This document shows positions 49,545 to 62,422 of a DNA stretch of 64,000 nucleotides, piece after piece. The translations under genes were made by a program, and so were the position numbers. This stretch comes from Octopus vulgaris (Eukaryota), in NCBI GenBank assembly GCA_951406725.2, contig OX597821.1, positions 49,848,001-49,912,000 on the forward strand, given 5' to 3'. The notes under the pieces are model-generated. The model was not told the DNA's origin, did no database searches, and worked only from the letters and a program-made list of their open reading frames with translations. How positions within the stretch are numbered: position 1 is the stretch's first letter; each line of letters opens with the position of its first letter.

Positions 49545-50284
49545 GTAATTTTTAACTTTGCTAAACTTTGTTTTTTGAATTCATATTGTTAATTAGGTGT
49601 AGTCTGTTAATTATTTTCAATGACACCATGTTTGTTTCATTCATTGATTTCTTTTGTTTTTAAATTCAAGTTTGTCCTTTGTTGCTGTGGGAGAAGTAGA
49701 TCAAAGACGATTTAGAGCAGAAAAGTTATAAAGACTCTGGACTGCAGATCTCTCTTAGCAAATATGAAGATAGGGAGAATATAGTTAACTGTTGATGGTA
49801 GCAACATCTATGATGGCTTTTAAAATGAATGTTGTTGACATTGCTTGAAATTTAGACTGTTTAGAATATTGGTGAATTACACTTTGTAAATATAAGGAAT
49901 GTGGTATGCCACTAGGCTATATATAATCTATGATTGTCACCATAATAGAAAAAGAAGTCGTTGAAAAGGCTGCACGTTGCAACAAAAGAACTTTGACTAA
50001 CAACTTATTGTTTAACCAAGTTAAACAAATAATCGATTAGTTAGTTGGATATTTAACCAGTTGACTATGATAATGGAGTAGAATTGAACCAATGCATGTG
50101 TTAATATTATTAGTGTGCTGGCTCTCCCTAGACACAACAAAATTTGTTTCAACACAAGAATTCACATAAAGAATCTTGCAAACCAGATACAAAAATGAAG
50201 TAGGAAAGGAAATAACTCATTCTTTTCGAGAGAATGTTTAGACATTTGTTTCAATTCAACACATGGATGTCTTCAACTTATTTT

Positions 50285-52243
50285 CATCATCATCATCATC
50301 ATCATTTAGCGTCCGTTCTCCATGCTAGCATGGGTTGGACGGTTCAACTGGGGTCTGTGAAGCTGGAAGGCTTAATCAGGCCCAGTCAGATCTGGCAGTG
50401 TTTCTACGGCTGGATGCCCTTCCTAACGCCAACCACTCCTTGAGTGTAGTGGGTGCTTTTTACGTGCCACCCGCACAGGTGCCAGACAGAGCTGGCAAAC
50501 GGCCACGAACGGATGGTGCTTTTACGTGTCACCGGCACGGGGCCAGGCGAGGCTGGCAACGGACACGAACGGATGGTGCTTTTACGTGCCACCAACACGG
50601 GGGCCAGACAGAGCTGGCAAACGGCCACGAAACGGATGGTGCTTTTATGTGTCACCGGCACAGGGGCCAGGCGAGGCTGGCAACGGACACGAACGGATGG
50701 TGCTTTTACGTGCCACCAACACGGGGGCCAGACAGAGCTGGCAAACGGCCACGAAACGGATGGTGCTTTTACGTGCCACCAACACGGGGGCCAGACAGAG
50801 CTGGCAAACGGCCACGAAACGGATGGTGCTTTTATGTGTCACCGGCACAGGGCCAGGCGAGGCTGGCAACGGACACGAACGGATGGTGCTTTTACGTGCC
50901 ACCAACACGGGGGCCAGACAGAGCTGGCAAACGGCCACGAAACGGATGGTGCCAGACCGGGCTGGCAAACGGCCACGAACGGATGGTGCTTTTACGTGTC
51001 ACCGGCACGGGGGCCAGACAGAGCTGGCAAACGGCCACGAAACAGATGGTGCTTTTACGTGTCACCAGCACGGGGGCCAGGCGAGGCTGGCAACGGACAC
51101 GAACGGATGGTGCTTTTACATGCCACCGACACGGGGGCCAGACAGGGCTGGCAAACGGCCACGAACGGATGGTGCTTTTACGTGTCACCGGCACGGGGGC
51201 CAGACAGAGCTGGCAAACGGCCACGAAACGGATGGTGCTTTTACGTGTCACCAGCACGGGGGCCAGGCGAGGCTGGCAACGGACACGAACGGATGGTGCT
51301 TTTACATGCCACTGACACGGGGGCCAGACAGAGCTGGCAAACGGCCACGAACGGATGGTGCTTTTACGTGTCACCGGCACGGGGGCCAGACAGAGCTGGC
51401 AAACGGCCACGAACGGATGGTGCTTTTACGTGCCACCAACACGGGGGCCAGACAGGGCTGGCAAACGGCCACGAACGGATGGTGCTTTTACGTGTCACCC
51501 GCATGGGGGCCCTGATGTTGATCGACCTCAATTTGGTTCTGCTTTTTGATATTTGGTTTGATTTTGACTGTTCTCACTGGTCTTGCCGGGTTTTCTCACG
51601 CACAGCATACTTCCAAAGGTCTCGGTCACTGGTCATTTCCTTGGTGAGACCTAAAGTTCGAAGGTCGTGCTTCACCACCTCGACCCAGGTTTTCCTGGGT
51701 CTACCTCTTCCACAGGTCCCCTCAACTGCCAGGGTGTGGCACTTTCGCACACAACTATCTTCAGCCATTCTCATCACATGATCATACCAGCACAAACGTC
51801 TCTCTTGCACACAACAACTGTTGCTTCTTAGGTTCAACTTTTCTCTCAAGGTACTTACACTCTGTCGATTATGAACACTGACGTTACACATCCATCGGAG
51901 CATACTAGCTTCATTTCTTGCAAGCTTACGCAAATCCTCAGCAGTCACAGCCCAAGTTTCACTACCATGTAGCATGGCTGTACGTACACATGCATCATAC
52001 AGTCTGCCTTTTACTTTGAGCGAGAGGCCTTTTGTCACCAGCAGGGGTAAGAGCTCTCTAAACTTTGCCCAGGCTATTCTTACTCTAGCAGTTATACTTT
52101 CAGCACACCCGCCCCCGCTACTGACTTGGTCACCTAGGTAACGGAAACTATCAACTACTTCTAGTTTTTCTCCCTGGAAAGTGACGGAAGTTGGTCTCAG
52201 AGCATTTTCAGTGTTTATTGTTCCTGAGCATCTGCCACATACA
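50285..52243 (-). mobile_element. 5'-truncated RTE-clade LINE with a tandem array in its 3' UTR and an (ATG)n tail
   Basis: ORF 51574-52341: GEKLEVVDSFRYLG, AWAKFREL..L, KGRLY.ACVR.AMLHGSETW, EASMLRWM, GRGRPRKTW; 3' UTR ends ...ggacgctaaatgatgatg. Confidence 0.92.
50451..51510. repeat. Minisatellite, about 17-18 units of ~61 bp, two interspersed variants
   Basis: Unit cggatggtgcttttacgtg(t/c)cacc..cacgggg-GCCAG-acagag/gcgagg-CTGGC-aa(a)cgg(c/a)cacgaa. Confidence 0.95.
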
Positions 52244-53147
52244 ATGGTTGATAATATATTCAAATGGACACAATATGTTGTGAGTGACACAGTTCTTTCA
52301 TACATGCTGTTGGTAAAGTGCCAAGCGTCGTTAAAATACATTTGTTGAGAAATGTTTAAACATCAATTCCAAAATATTTCCTTTTGATTCTCGTTTATTT
52401 TACTAAATTCAATTACGGTTACATATAAACTGAGTAATCTCCCTTCGTCAATAAAGAAGAGCGTAAGAAACCTGAGCATGATCGAAAATCAAATCTAATT
52501 CTTTTAGAGATGACAAGAATTGAATCCCTTATCTAGTTTCTTTTAACTAATTTAAAGGAAAGTCAGATATATGACTTAAGTTTATTGTGGAGGAAAGCAA
52601 ATGTCTTGTATCAACATAGCAAGAACGTTTGAAAACAACTAAATGTGAGAGTAGGCAGCTTCCAGAAGACAAGCTATCCACTGGCTAAAATTGGAAAAAA
52701 CCCAGGCTTTTATAACTTCCCATGGAAGTTTCTAGAAGCGTTCCGTAATTCTTTTTAGAACAATTGTATCTAAAATCTAGAATGATTTTGGCTGAAATAT
52801 TTTCAACCATTAAGAGGACTTGTTTTAAATGAGTTAAAAACAAAAAAAACTCTCGCTACATTTCTTTTTACCATAGAAATTGCTGCACTTTCATCTGAAA
52901 GGTGACAAATGATATACAAACCATTACAAAGTTACTCAGAAATCCTAAAATGATCAATTCTCACTATTTACATTTGTTTTCGACATGTAATTATGCTAGA
53001 GTGTATGGTGTTACTTGAAAATGGCAAAGCATAAAAGCAGCATTTTGCATGCTTTTCTATCAAGATCCACAAACAATTTTACTTAATAAGTAAGTTTAAA
53101 TGGTCTTGTGAAATAGTGAAAAAGATATTTGCACATACCTTGTAACT

Positions 53148-53337
53148 TTACTCTTTTACTTGTTTCAGTCATTTGACTGCGGCCATGCTGGAGCATCGCC
53201 TTTAATCGAGCAAATTGAACCCAGGACTTATTCTTTGTAAGCCTAGTACTTATTCTATCGGTCTCTTTTGCCGAACTGCTAAGTTACGGGGACGTAAACA
53301 TACCATCATCGGTTGTCAAGCGATGTTGGGGAGACAA

Positions 53338-53390
<53 letters not shown>

Positions 53391-53528
53391 CATACATACA
53401 CATGACAGGTTTCTTTCAGTTTCTGTCTACCAAATCCACTCATAAGGCTTTGGTTGGCCCAAGGTGCCACGCAGTGAGAATGAACCCGGAACTATGTAGT
53501 TGATAAGCAAGCTACTTACCACACGGCT
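53148..53528 (-). mobile_element. tRNA-head SINE (family of 43347)
   Basis: Reverse complement of the family with an internal deletion. Confidence 0.85.
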
Positions 53529-54299
53529 GTTTCACATATTCCATCAATATGTCCACATGCATTGCTGTTTTCAAAAAGAAAGTCTGTTGGTTGTTTGGAA
53601 GTATTGAAAGTAGGTTTTTGCCATAAAGACTTCTTTAAACTTATGACTCCCATTCCAAAAACAAAATGGTTATGTTTCTTTAAATTAGGACCATGGATTT
53701 AGGCATTGTTTTGGTTTATTACTTTAGGAACACTATTATAGGATTATAAACACAATATAGGATTAAAGCAGTTCAGTGGGATTGGGTGCCAGACGTGACA
53801 TGATGACAAAGTTGTTTCATGTTTCAGTCTTTGATGGACTTGAAGGAGCATGTGCTAATCTTTCCCAATGTGATTACAGCTTCTTGTATTTTGCTCAACT
53901 ATTCTATATATGCTGTGAGTCAGACACAGTAAGACTTAGGTTGTGCAAAGAACACTCTTTGGCTTGGATTGTCTGCCCTTAGATCGCTGTGGGTGCATGT
54001 GTGTTGTGTGTGCATGCCAGATTTGTTTGCAAAGCCCCTGGCAGCCATCTGCAATTGTTATTAGAACAAATAAGTTATTTGTCTGTAGTGTGGTCAAGAA
54101 AAGCACAGACCCACACAACCCAGGTAGATCTGCTTACAATTACCTCCACCTTATGATATGTAGAGTGACTTTGCTTCGGTGGACCACAGTTCATTCAAAA
54201 GCCTTCAATACGCTTGACTCTCATTACACAGCAGCTGTCCTCCAATTTTGGTCTGTTTTCAGGTTTTATGTCTATAATAGAAAGGATTATTATTATTTA

Positions 54300-55045
54300 T
54301 TCTGAGTTCAAATTTGCCAAGGTGAACTTTGCCTTTCATCCTGTCGGGTTCAATAAAATAAGTACCAGTTGAGCACTAGAGGTCAATGTAATCGACTAGC
54401 ACCTCCCCCAAAATTTCAGGCCTTGTACCTATATTATTATTATATTTACAGACAGCGATCTGGCAGAATTAGTATGCCAGGCAAAAATGCTTAGCAGCTT
54501 TTTGTTCGTGTTTACTTTCTGATTCCAAATTTAAATTTGACTTTGCTTTTCATCTTTACGAGGTTGATAAAATAAAAAGCCAGTTGAACACTGGGATTGA
54601 TATAATTGACTTATGCCCAGACTTGATGGTCTTGTGCCAATATTTGAAACCATTATTATTAAGGTGGCGAGTCGACAGAATTGTTAGCACGCTGGACAAA
54701 AATGCTTAGCGGTATTTTACCCATCACTGCATTCTGAGTTCAAATTCTGCCATGGTCAACTTTGCCTTTCTTGCTTTTGGGGTCCATAAATTAAGTACCA
54801 GTGAAACACAGGAGTTGATGTGGTTGACTAGTTCCCTCCCCCAAAATTTCAGGCTTTGTACCTTTAGTAGAAAAGTTTATTATAATTATTAAGATAGTGA
54901 GTTGTCATTAGCACATCAGGCAAAATGCTTATTGACATATCATCCATCTTTCCACTCTGAGTTCAAATTTCGCCAAGGTCTGGGGGTCTATGTAATCAAC
55001 TTACTCCCACCCATGCTGGCTTTGAGCTAAAATTTGAAGCTATTA
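54300..55045 (+). mobile_element. Four head-to-tail degenerate Meta-type SINE copies separated by short (TTA)n
   Basis: tctgagttcaaatt-like core recurs at ~54301, 54518, 54733 and 54957. Confidence 0.75.
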
Positions 55046-55146
55046 TTATTATTATTATTATTATTAACATTGCTGATTTTCAAAGAATTTTTAAAGAGTA
55101 AATAATTAAGAATTGTATTTAGCATTTATTTATTTATTTATTTTAG

Positions 55147-55229
55147 TTGCTGATCTTGTAGTGTGGTCATTAACTGGTGATACTTATTGTCTGGTGTTTA
55201 ATCACAAATTGGAAATTTACCTCACAAAG
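55147..55229 (+). CDS. PAK1IP1: PAK1IP1-like exon 5
   Basis: ttttag acceptor; (V)ADLVVWSLTGDTYCLVFNHKLEIYLTK; GTAAGA donor, phase 0. Confidence 0.9.
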
Positions 55230-55654
55230 GTAAGACTGTTTGTCATGTGACATGTGATTAGATTTGGTATAAAACTCTGTTTTCTAGACCTGTTATTTTT
55301 AACTCTATCACACTTCACTATTGATGGCAGGAAGGTTTTATTTACTATGTCTAGCACCTATGGGTTGTCTGTATTCAGTCTACCTGAGCATGTGAAAGTT
55401 ACATGGCCACAGGTAATGATCAACAACAGCAGATAAGACATATATTTACAATGTATTGTACAGCAACAATCATATTGTATCAGTAAGTTTCATTCAAATT
55501 CATGCAATAGTAATATTTTCATGATTGTACTGCATTTTATCAAATTACCTAGTTTCTAACAAGATTAAGAGATTTATTTAGAAAAAGCACTTCATTAATT
55601 TAAGAGCAATAATAAATCTCTGAACGAGATGTAAACAGTAACCGCTTGACAACG

Positions 55655-55807
55655 TAAAGTATACTAGCCATCTCAATATGGCTAACCACTAAGGGTGGGT
55701 GTTACTGTAGCTTTTAGCCCCAGGAGATCATCGTCTCCAGCTGGCTTTAGGCTACAGTAACACCCACCCTTAGTGGTTAGCCATATTGAGATGGCTAGTA
55801 TACTTTA
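55655..55807. repeat. Perfect 57-bp inverted repeat (55655-55711 / 55751-55807) with a 39-nt structured loop, intron 5
   Basis: taaagtatactagccatctcaatatggctaaccactaagggtgggtgttactgtagc and its exact reverse complement. Confidence 0.95.
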
Positions 55808-55820
55808 AGTAATTTAAGAG

Positions 55821-56053
55821 TTAACCCTTTAATGTTTAAACCGGCCATATCCGGCTCAAATATTCCAACTGTTTTATGTTCAAACTGGCAAGATTCAGCC
55901 TCTTACACCTATCCTACAATGTCATTCTAAAGCTAAGCAAACACACCATCGAAATCGCAAAGCTACAACATAATGCATGATTAGATTAATTCAAAACAAT
56001 ATGAATAAATAAGCATTACATTTAACAGAGTAATCTGAATGCTAAAAGGTTAA
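55821..56053. mobile_element. piggyBac-type MITE
   Basis: TTAAcccttt...aaaaggTTAA. Confidence 0.8.
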
Positions 56054-56149
56054 TCCTGTTTTAAATGTTGCTGCAATTCTCGTCCATAAATGTTCTACAT
56101 CCGACTTGACTTCTTTTACTCTCATTGTGGTTTTATTCTAATTTCACAG

Positions 56150-56212
56150 ACAACTGGTTTAATCCAAATTGTTGAAGCTCCAGGTCGTATTAATTCCATG
56201 CTATATATGACT
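56150..56212 (+). CDS. PAK1IP1: PAK1IP1-like exon 6
   Basis: tttcacag acceptor; TTGLIQIVEAPGRINSMLYMT; GTAAGT donor, phase 0. Confidence 0.82.
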
Positions 56213-57603
56213 GTAAGTATAAACTAAGCATAATGTGTATGTGTTTGAAGTTTGGGTCCAAAAGTGGTATCTAACTGTGGCTGCAAATGTTTGTGAGCCC
56301 CTCCTTAACTTAATAATCCTGTTCAGATATGGTCAAATGTGTTCCAGTAATGCACATCCCATCTTCTTGCATTGTCAAGGCCAGTGCTGGTGATATGTAA
56401 TAGACACCTAATACACTCTGTAGAGTGGTTGGCATTAAGAAGAACATCAAGCCATAGAAACCAAGCCAAAACAGTGGTGCAGTTGTCTGGCTTACCAGTT
56501 CCAGTCAAACTGTGTAACCCATGCCAGCATGGAAAATGGACTTTAAATGATGTCTCAAACAAGGTTTGAGTCCACAGTAGCATGAGGGACTGCAAAGGAA
56601 GAAGAGGCCTGCAAATTCAAAGGATGTCAGTTGACAAAAAACTTGAAGGAATGAATATCATAAACCAGAGAAACATGTGTGTGTGTATGTACCCTTATCT
56701 TGACATTAAGTGTTTGTTGTAAATGATCATCACCATATAAGCGAGGTTGTTAGTTTTCAGTCCTCTGTGGAAAACATGCTTAACTTTGGGAAAATATTGC
56801 CTTGAATGGTGACATGAAGGGCATCCAGCCATAGAAAATCAACAAATTCCATCTGAACTATGCAAGCATGGAAAAGTGACCATGAAACAATTGAGATATA
56901 TTTACATATATAAATACACATAATTGTATGTATGTGTATGTACAGTTTCTATGTATCAAAATTTTACTTGCATGCTAATGGTCAACTCAAGGCTGTTGTA
57001 GAAGGCACATGTCGAAGGTGCTACACTGTGGAATCAAACCCAAACCTTCCTAGTTGAGAAGGAAATATTTTAACTGCACAGTCATACCTATGTCCAGCAC
57101 ACTATTATGTCAGCTATCATATATACAATACTAGATTATTCACTGCAGTATTAACTAGCATAAGCCATAAAGCATTTAAACTGGCCATATCCAGCCCAAA
57201 TATTCTGTTTTATGTTCAACAAGCTAGATCTGGCTTTTCACACTTACCCTACAATGTCATTCTAAAAATATACAACCACATCAGCAAAACATCTAAGCTA
57301 TGAGATAAGGTATTAATTTTTAAGCAATATGAATAAATAACCACTACATATGTCAAAGTAATCTGAATGTTAAAGGATTGAAAGAAATTTGGCTGCTGTT
57401 TCTAGCAAGTTGAGCAACCACATAGGGGTTCCTTTCTTGACGCAAGGTCAATCAAATATATTCATTTCAAAGGTTATATGGAATATTTGTCTTTTTAACT
57501 CAACCACACTGACCAATAGCGCTCTTTCTGTGAATTGAAGAATTAAGTGGGTTTTATTAACTAAATATGCATCACCTTAACAAAAAAAATTGTATCTTTC
57601 CAG

Positions 57604-57701
57604 AATTCTTTAATAGTATATGGTGGTGAAGGATCAGATATAATCTTTTATGACATAGAAAAAGAAGCAGAAGTCTACACGTTAACTACCAATTCCAGCA
57701 G
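57604..57701 (+). CDS. PAK1IP1: PAK1IP1-like exon 7
   Basis: ctttccag acceptor; NSLIVYGGEGSDIIFYDIEKEAEVYTLTTNSS(R); GT donor, phase 2. Confidence 0.88.
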
Positions 57702-60333
57702 GTATTTTACCAAAATATTATTGTTCTACTTCCCTTATTTCTTTGTATTGAACATACATTTTCACTTTGTTTTTTTGTTCCTATCTCTCTGTGTTGTCTG
57801 TTGTCGTATCAGTATAATCCAATATCACTATGTTTTATGTTTCATTGTCTGATTATCTGTCAGTTACTTAATATGTTCCACTAATTTTGCTGTTATTTAT
57901 CTTGTTTGTTCATTTAACTCCATTCTTTTTCCCCCCATCCTGGCATGGGTTGGATGAAGGCTCATTTTTGAGGTGGAATTCTAAAAGTGCAAATTACCAC
58001 TTGTCGCTGAACTACAATTGGTGACTTTTGTAACTTAGCACAAATTGTAAACATTTACTTTGTTTCAAACAGCAAACTATACAACTAAAGTAATTAGGAA
58101 ATTAATTTATAAAATTAGAAAAGTTCTACCTCCTGACTGATCAGAAACACACATGCATGCTTGCACACAAATGGCAAATTTTTGAGTTTCTGGCTGCTAA
58201 ATTCAGTCACAAAGCACAGCTTGGGTTGGCCCAAGATGCCACACAGTGGGACTGAACCTAAAACTACATGGCTGAGAAGTGAACTTCTTAACCATTCAAT
58301 CATGTTTGCACCTGTGCCATTACTCTATATATGGTTGTGGGTATTCATATTCTGTGTCATTGCACAAAAGTGTTCACCTAAGAATGGTGATAATTGTTGA
58401 CTATCCCTGTCAAATCATTTGCTAATTCTGCACTTTGGAAGTGGAATTTAAAAACCCTTACTTGAGAAACTAGTAGGGGTTTGTTATAGAAAGAAAGGAC
58501 CTGCAGCTGTAAAATAATTCCTCAATAATATCTATTCATCCAGTTAATGCCACCATAAAAAAATGGATATAAAAACAAGTATTTTATGATAGTAAATAGA
58601 AATATGTAAATCACCCTACTCTGTATGTTACTACAGAGCAGAATGTGCACTGGAAAATTATTTCAGTTGACCATTGGGCTTCTTTCAGATGCAACCATTT
58701 ACTCAGGTGGGCTGCATATGGTTGCATCACAAATGCATTGGCAACACCTGTATAGCATGTACATATCAGGTATTGCTACTGCTTATTTACCTAGTCTACA
58801 CACCAAGTACAAGCACAGCATTGATTTTCTGAACCAGAGGTTGTCACCTGTAAATTAAACAAATATATTTACTTAAATAATTAAATGAAATACAGGTACC
58901 TGTACATTGTAGCAGCTGTGGGAATTTGAAGTTTCTTCTCATAAATTAGTGCAGATTATAGGAGGTGTCCAGAAAGTTGGTTGTGTGCCTGTGATGCATT
59001 ATGCATTTATGCAACTGAAGGAGCAAGAAGTAAGTAGCTCTTGCTGTTTTCTGTTGTGATGCTATATTAAATATTTTTATTGCCCTGTGTATCAGCTATA
59101 ACTCTGTAGTAATGAGTTTTAGTTATTAAACTGGGTACATGTCATTTCATTTTTAATCTTTATCCCTTTAGCATTCAAACTAGCCATATCCAACCCAAAT
59201 ATTCTGTTTGCTTTTTTTTTTCTTTTAAATCAAACTGACCAGGCCCAGCCTCGTACATCTACCCTACACTGTCACTTGAAAGATAAACAATCATATCATT
59301 AAAACCTCAAAACTGAAATAATTCACAATTAATTCAAAGCAATGTGAATAAATAAAAATGACATTCGACAGAATAACCTGAATGCTGAAAGTCCTGTACC
59401 ACAATTGACTGCAGTTGTTGTCGAGCCCTTAACTGTGCATAACTACAATCCAAATTGTGTTTGTTGCTTGTGAACAAATTCTGTGTGAAAGAGAAGAAAG
59501 TTTAACTTCATTTTAGGAAGAAGTTCCTGCCAAAAGACTTCTTGTCTGCACTGTATGCATTTGTATTTCTTGTTTTATTTAGTGAATTTCTTAGGATTTT
59601 TCTCTTTGATTTTGAAGCATCACGGTGAGTATACTTCAAGCAGTGAGTTAGAATTTTATGGTATTATGGATTTCATTAAAGAGAGCTTGAAGTCGGAGAA
59701 GAAAAATCAGATGTCAGTATCATTTGTACACACAAGCAATCTAAGTGTTATTTGTTGGGGGGGAGTTGCTTATCTCCACTTTGAAAACATAAGGACACAG
59801 GAAATGTGTCAAGTCCACCAGGAAACGGTGTTTCCTAGGGCTAAATAACAGTAGCATTCTTCCATTTTATAGGACTGTCACATTAAGCTGGCAACATACT
59901 ATCACTTTATCATACTGCTGCTGCATAATATATTATTTCTATAGTCAATACATTGTATCAAATTTTATCCCGATTTATGCAGTTGTAATATTTTTATAAT
60001 TTTTATTCTGGACTACATGCATTTCATAAAAATCTATTTGGTTGTTAGTTTTAGCACATCTCTCAACCAGGGTACAAGTAGTTGAACACCGCATAGAATA
60101 TATTTGTCAACATGTGCTATCTTGCAAACAAAAGAGTTCTCATGTTTGGCCTATTACTATGTAAATAGGCATGAATGTGTCCATGGTTTCTAGTAAGATT
60201 GGGAGATTTGTATTGAAAGAGTTCTATAGAATTAAAATTAAAACAAGTTATCTCCTTTTAAATGAAACACCTAACCCCCAATGACCATAAAATGTAAACA
60301 TTAACACTTTCTTTTATAATTATGTATTTTCAG

Positions 60334-60436
60334 AATTCGTGGTCTGTGTCACAAAGTGCTGCCATCTGGTGACAATATCCTTGCTAATGCTTGTAGTGAT
60401 GGCTACGTCAGAGTATGGAAGGTTATCATTGATGAT
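60334..60436 (+). CDS. PAK1IP1: PAK1IP1-like exon 8 (gene continues beyond the window)
   Basis: ttttcag acceptor; IRGLCHKVLPSGDNILANACSDGYVRVWKVIIDD; GTAAGT donor; no further exon or stop recognised before 64000. Confidence 0.9.
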
Positions 60437-60721
60437 GTAAGTATAACTCTATTATTAAGCTACTCTTTTAGTTTAGGTATCAATTTGTAATTGTTTTGGG
60501 AGAGCAAATGAAAAAACTCTTTGTCAATATCAAAATTCCTATGAAACATAGGGTCCTGTAGTAAACATAGCAGTAAACCAGTGCTTCCCAAAATATCTAT
60601 GATTTCATGGCATAATACACTGGAAATCAAATAAAAATTTACTGGTGCACTTCAGGTGGAAATTAAAAAATTTTTTTTCTAAAAAAAAAGAAAAAAGAAA
60701 GCTTTTGAAGTTAAATATTAT

Positions 60722-61114
60722 AGGCATAGGAGTGGCTGTGTGGTAAGTAGCTTGCTTATCAACCACATGGTTCCAGGTTCAGTCCCACTGCATGGCACCT
60801 TGGGCAAGTGTCTTCTACTATAGCTTCGAACCGACCATTGCCTTGTGAGTGGATTTGGTAGACAGAAACTGAAAGAAGCCCGTTGTATATATATATATAT
60901 ATATGTATGTGTGTCTGTGTTTGTCCCCCCCCCCCTCAACATCACTTGACAATCGATGGTGGCGTGTTTACGTCTCTGTAACTTAGCGGTTCAGCAAAAG
61001 AGGGCAATAGAATAAGTACTAGGCTTACAAAGAATAAGTCCTGGGGTCGACTTGCTCAACTAAAGGCGGTGCTCCAGCATGGCCACAGTCAAATGACTGA
61101 AACAAGTAAAAGAG
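60722..61114 (+). mobile_element. Full-length tRNA-head SINE (family of 43347)
   Basis: Colinear with 43347-43722. Confidence 0.88.
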
Positions 61115-62422
61115 TATTTAGAAAATTATCAAAGAAAACTATTGCTTACTATATTTAAGTAATACTACTTGTGTGTAAACAAAATTTAAAATAACATGGT
61201 TTTTTAGGCAATGAAACATTTGTAATGATTTTCTAAAGATTTGCATGTTTTTTTTTTTAATTCACAACAGATAGGTACGGGTATGCTGTGTAGTTTTGGG
61301 TTCAATCCTACTTCACTGCATCTTGGGCATGTCTTCTACTATAGCCCTGGACCAACGAATGTCATGTGAGTGGATTTGGTTGACAGAAACTTTGTGGAAG
61401 CCCATCATAAATGTGTGTGTGTCTCTGTGTTTGTACTCTGCTACCACTTGACACCTGATGTTGGTTTGTTTACATCCTCATAACTTTGCAGCTCACAAAA
61501 GAAACTGACAGAATAAGTACCAGATTTGAAAAAATAAGTACTGGGGTCAACTTGTTCAGCTAAACCCTTTAACTTTTTCAGACAGTGTCCCAGCATGGCC
61601 ATAGTCTAATGATTGTTGTAAGTTTTAAAAAAATGAAGAGAGATAACATACATAGACATCCCTTTGCAACATTGTTTGAAAACCACTAAACTAGAAATTA
61701 AATTGTGCCGTTAACCCTTTTCATTACCATATTTCTGTTGAAATATACTGCCTTTTGATTGGATTAATTTTGAAAATAATGAAGAATTTAGTAAAATAAC
61801 TTGATAAATTATTAATCTGTTGTTTGGAATATAAATTAGCATAAATGGAAAGTTTTAAGGTCACTATAAAACAAGGAATTTGTATCATAGAACCATGGGC
61901 AGTTTCAGGCAGGTCTGAAGCAAAAGTGTTAGGTAAAAGATCATAACTTTTTATTTTAGTTAGCTACCACTTTTTCATTTCATAAGTGAGTGATAGCAAC
62001 TACAAAACATATTTAACTGTATATAGTGCTCCAAGAATTATACAAAATATTGAAACTTGCAGAGAGCTGCACTCTGTGTTAATTGCAGTGTTGCTGGAGA
62101 AGCTGTAAATATATTGCTTAGCTAGCACTTCATTAATTGGTGTCACATTTGATGCCTGTCTACACAAAAAATGTCATTAGAAATTTAGATCTTCCAATAT
62201 TTATGCTTTGATGTTATCACCCAATGTACTAGAATTAACAGCCTGATCTTCCTCCGATAATGTTCTGCCAACTTAAAAAGGAAGTGGAACTCACACATTG
62301 GATAACATTGTCAGAAATATTCTCAATATACCTGGGGAAAAGAAAAGATGGGGGATTTTTTAAAGTTTGGCTGCCAATTTCCAAAAATTCCAAGTTTATT
62401 GAAAATTTTAAAATTTGTTACA

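Noticed and set aside
50451-51510. CRISPR array
   Set aside because: No unique spacers, no cas genes, eukaryotic intron; it is a contiguous minisatellite.
50335-51781. 326-, 442- and 329-aa ORFs as novel repeat proteins
   Set aside because: All three frames are open because the 61-bp unit has no stop; the region is an RTE 3' UTR inside an intron.
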